Positions 62,627 through 64,000 of a DNA stretch of 64,000 nucleotides are shown in pieces. This DNA comes from a virus (taxonomy: Duplodnaviria; Caudoviricetes), in the IMG/VR virus record IMGVR_UViG_3300025909_000005; one strand, written 5' to 3'. Each line of letters starts with the position of its first letter. Within the stretch, counting starts at the first letter, position 1. Under the pieces are notes generated by a model. That model did not search any database. It saw nothing but the letters and a program-made list of their open reading frames with translations, and was not told where the DNA came from. The position numbers and the translations under genes were made by a program.

Positions 62627-64000
62627 TCAGAAAAGGATCAAAATGGCGCGGCCGGCTACAGGAGTGTTGAAGGAGATGGTGACCGAATTGAAGTCCACGA
62701 TCTGGATGGTGTCCGCGTAGATGACTTCATCGGTGTTGTCCCAGACCGTGATCTGTATCCGCTTCGAGTTCTGGTTGTGGGCAATGGTCCAGAGAGCAGA
62801 AGCACTGTTCTGAACGTGCTCATGGGTCTTGACCGAGCTGGCCACAACCGTGATGGCTTCGATCTCGGTTGCCAGCTCTTCAATGGCCGACTGGACTGTG
62901 GTGCCGGTGATCGGCGCAGCGTGGGTCGGGTCAAAAGAGACCTGGATCGCAGTGTGATCAATGGCTGTCCCAGCCAGATCAGTGTGTGCATTGACCTTGT
63001 TGGCCAGGGCCGTGATGTCAATGCCGTTGACGAGCGGAGCCGTCAGGTTCTGTATGAACGTCGTGCCGTTCGGCAGGATCGAGAAGACCGAGGAGCCACC
63101 AGAGGCGACCTTGATGTCGACGAGGTTGACCGTAGGCGTGATGCCTGGCTTCGGCTCGATCAGGAACGGAACGTAGTTGCCAGCAGACTGGTGGATCTGC
63201 AGCTTGGCGGTGTTCGTCTCGGTGTCGGTGACGACAGAGGTGGAGCCGTCAACGATCAGGTTACCGGTGATGTGAACATCACCCGTTGCAGCATCGATCG
63301 AGAACGCCTTGTTGTTCAGCGCCGAGACAACAAGGCTCTTGCCCGAAGTCAGGTTGATCGTCGCCGGCGCTTGAGAAGCGTTGTACGCGGTCTGAAGTGT
63401 AACCGCCGTGGCTGCTCCACCAGATCCGTCCGTGGTCGAACCGTCTGCGAAGAGCAGGGCCTTGCCGCCGACCGTGAAGGTCGATTGGCCGGTACCACCG
63501 ATGTTGATGATCGCGCCGTCAGGCAGCAGACCAAACTCACCTAGCGTTGGAACCAGGTAGATCGGGGACAGCACTGGAACGTTGCTTGGTGGAGGAGGTG
63601 GGGGTGGCGGTGGAGCTGCCGCAACAATCGTGAACGAGACAGTTCCTGTCGAGGACAGGCCGTTCTGCGCCATGATCGTGTACGTGAAGCTGTCAGGACC
63701 GGAGTAGCTTGAGGTTGGGGTATACGTGAACGTTCCGTCTGCATTGACCGTGACTTGACCGAACGACGGCTGAGTCGCAGCAGTGAAGGTGTGGTTCTCG
63801 CCTGCAACCAAAGTCGAGTTCGTTGCTAGGTTTCCAGTGTAGGAGTGCGCCTGGTTGATGCTCGTAGAAAGCGCACCTGCGACTGGAGAGATCGGTGTAA
63901 TCGTGATAGTGACCTGTGCAGAAGATGCGTCAGCCTCTACGTGGTAGACCTCGTAGTTGAAGGTGTCTGGGCCGGTTGCGCCAACGTTTGGCGTATAGGT
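62627..64000 (-). CDS. virion protein with tandem cadherin-like/Big repeats, poly-Pro hinge and C-terminal HNL module; 5'-truncated
   Basis: Frame open to window end; TYTP..TGPDTFNY and TYTP...SGPDSFTY repeats, PPPPPPPP. Confidence 0.75.
   Translation of the reverse strand, partial: TYTPNVGATGPDTFNYEVYHVEADASSAQVTITITPISPVAGALSTSINQAHSYTGNLATNSTLVAGENHTFTAATQPSFGQVTVNADGTFTYTPTSSYSGPDSFTYTIMAQNGLSSTGTVSFTIVAAAPPPPPPPPPSNVPVLSPIYLVPTLGEFGLLPDGAIINIGGTGQSTFTVGGKALLFADGSTTDGSGGAATAVTLQTAYNASQAPATINLTSGKSLVVSALNNKAFSIDAATGDVHITGNLIVDGSTSVVTDTETNTAKLQIHQSAGNYVPFLIEPKPGITPTVNLVDIKVASGGSSVFSILPNGTTFIQNLTAPLVNGIDITALANKVNAHTDLAGTAIDHTAIQVSFDPTHAAPITGTTVQSAIEELATEIEAITVVASSVKTHEHVQNSASALWTIAHNQNSKRIQITVWDNTDEVIYADTIQIVDFNSVTISFNTPVAGRAILILF

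Noticed and set aside
1-64000. Stop-codon reassignment, CRISPR array, reverse transcriptase/DGR, integrase or tRNA cluster
   Set aside because: Conserved genes are full length in the standard code, TAG is used as a true stop (e.g. 14742, 17718, 48360), and no RT, integrase, repeat-spacer or cloverleaf signatures were seen

Overview
64 kb segment of a large, GC-rich, T4-superfamily-like (probably jumbo) contractile-tailed phage; a betaproteobacterial (Burkholderiales-like) host is inferred from a PagL-like gene. Order: tail-fibre/structural genes (1-4.8 kb); Rnl1-type RNA ligase, ClpP-like protease and PhoH (5-10 kb); an early accessory region with many micro membrane proteins, a PagL-like lipid A deacylase and an AAA+ ATPase with a complete SprT metalloprotease nested inside it (11-21 kb); a nucleotide-handling cluster (NUDIX, P-loop kinase, DEDD exonuclease, nucleoside deoxyribosyltransferase-like; 21-25 kb); T4-like replication genes (DsbA-like, family B polymerase, clamp-like, RNase H, primase, helicase; 28-41 kb); a late cluster of candidate head-packaged proteins with MK(L/V)xELLE-type N-termini and repeated xxE motifs, including a second ligase-fold protein (37-50 kb); and a minus-strand baseplate/lysis/fibre block (PAAR, permuted NlpC/P60, M23+GH108 hydrolase, spanins, proteins carrying a repeated HNL module; 51-64 kb). 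Two promoter classes are visible: sigma70-like early promoters (often GTGTAC-N17-TATAAT or extended -10) and T4-late-like TAAATA. About eleven early -10 boxes sit 5-6 nt before an ATG with no Shine-Dalgarno, implying widespread leaderless mRNAs. No tRNA, rRNA, CRISPR array, intein or reverse transcriptase was found. All family calls come from motif recognition by eye, not database searches.
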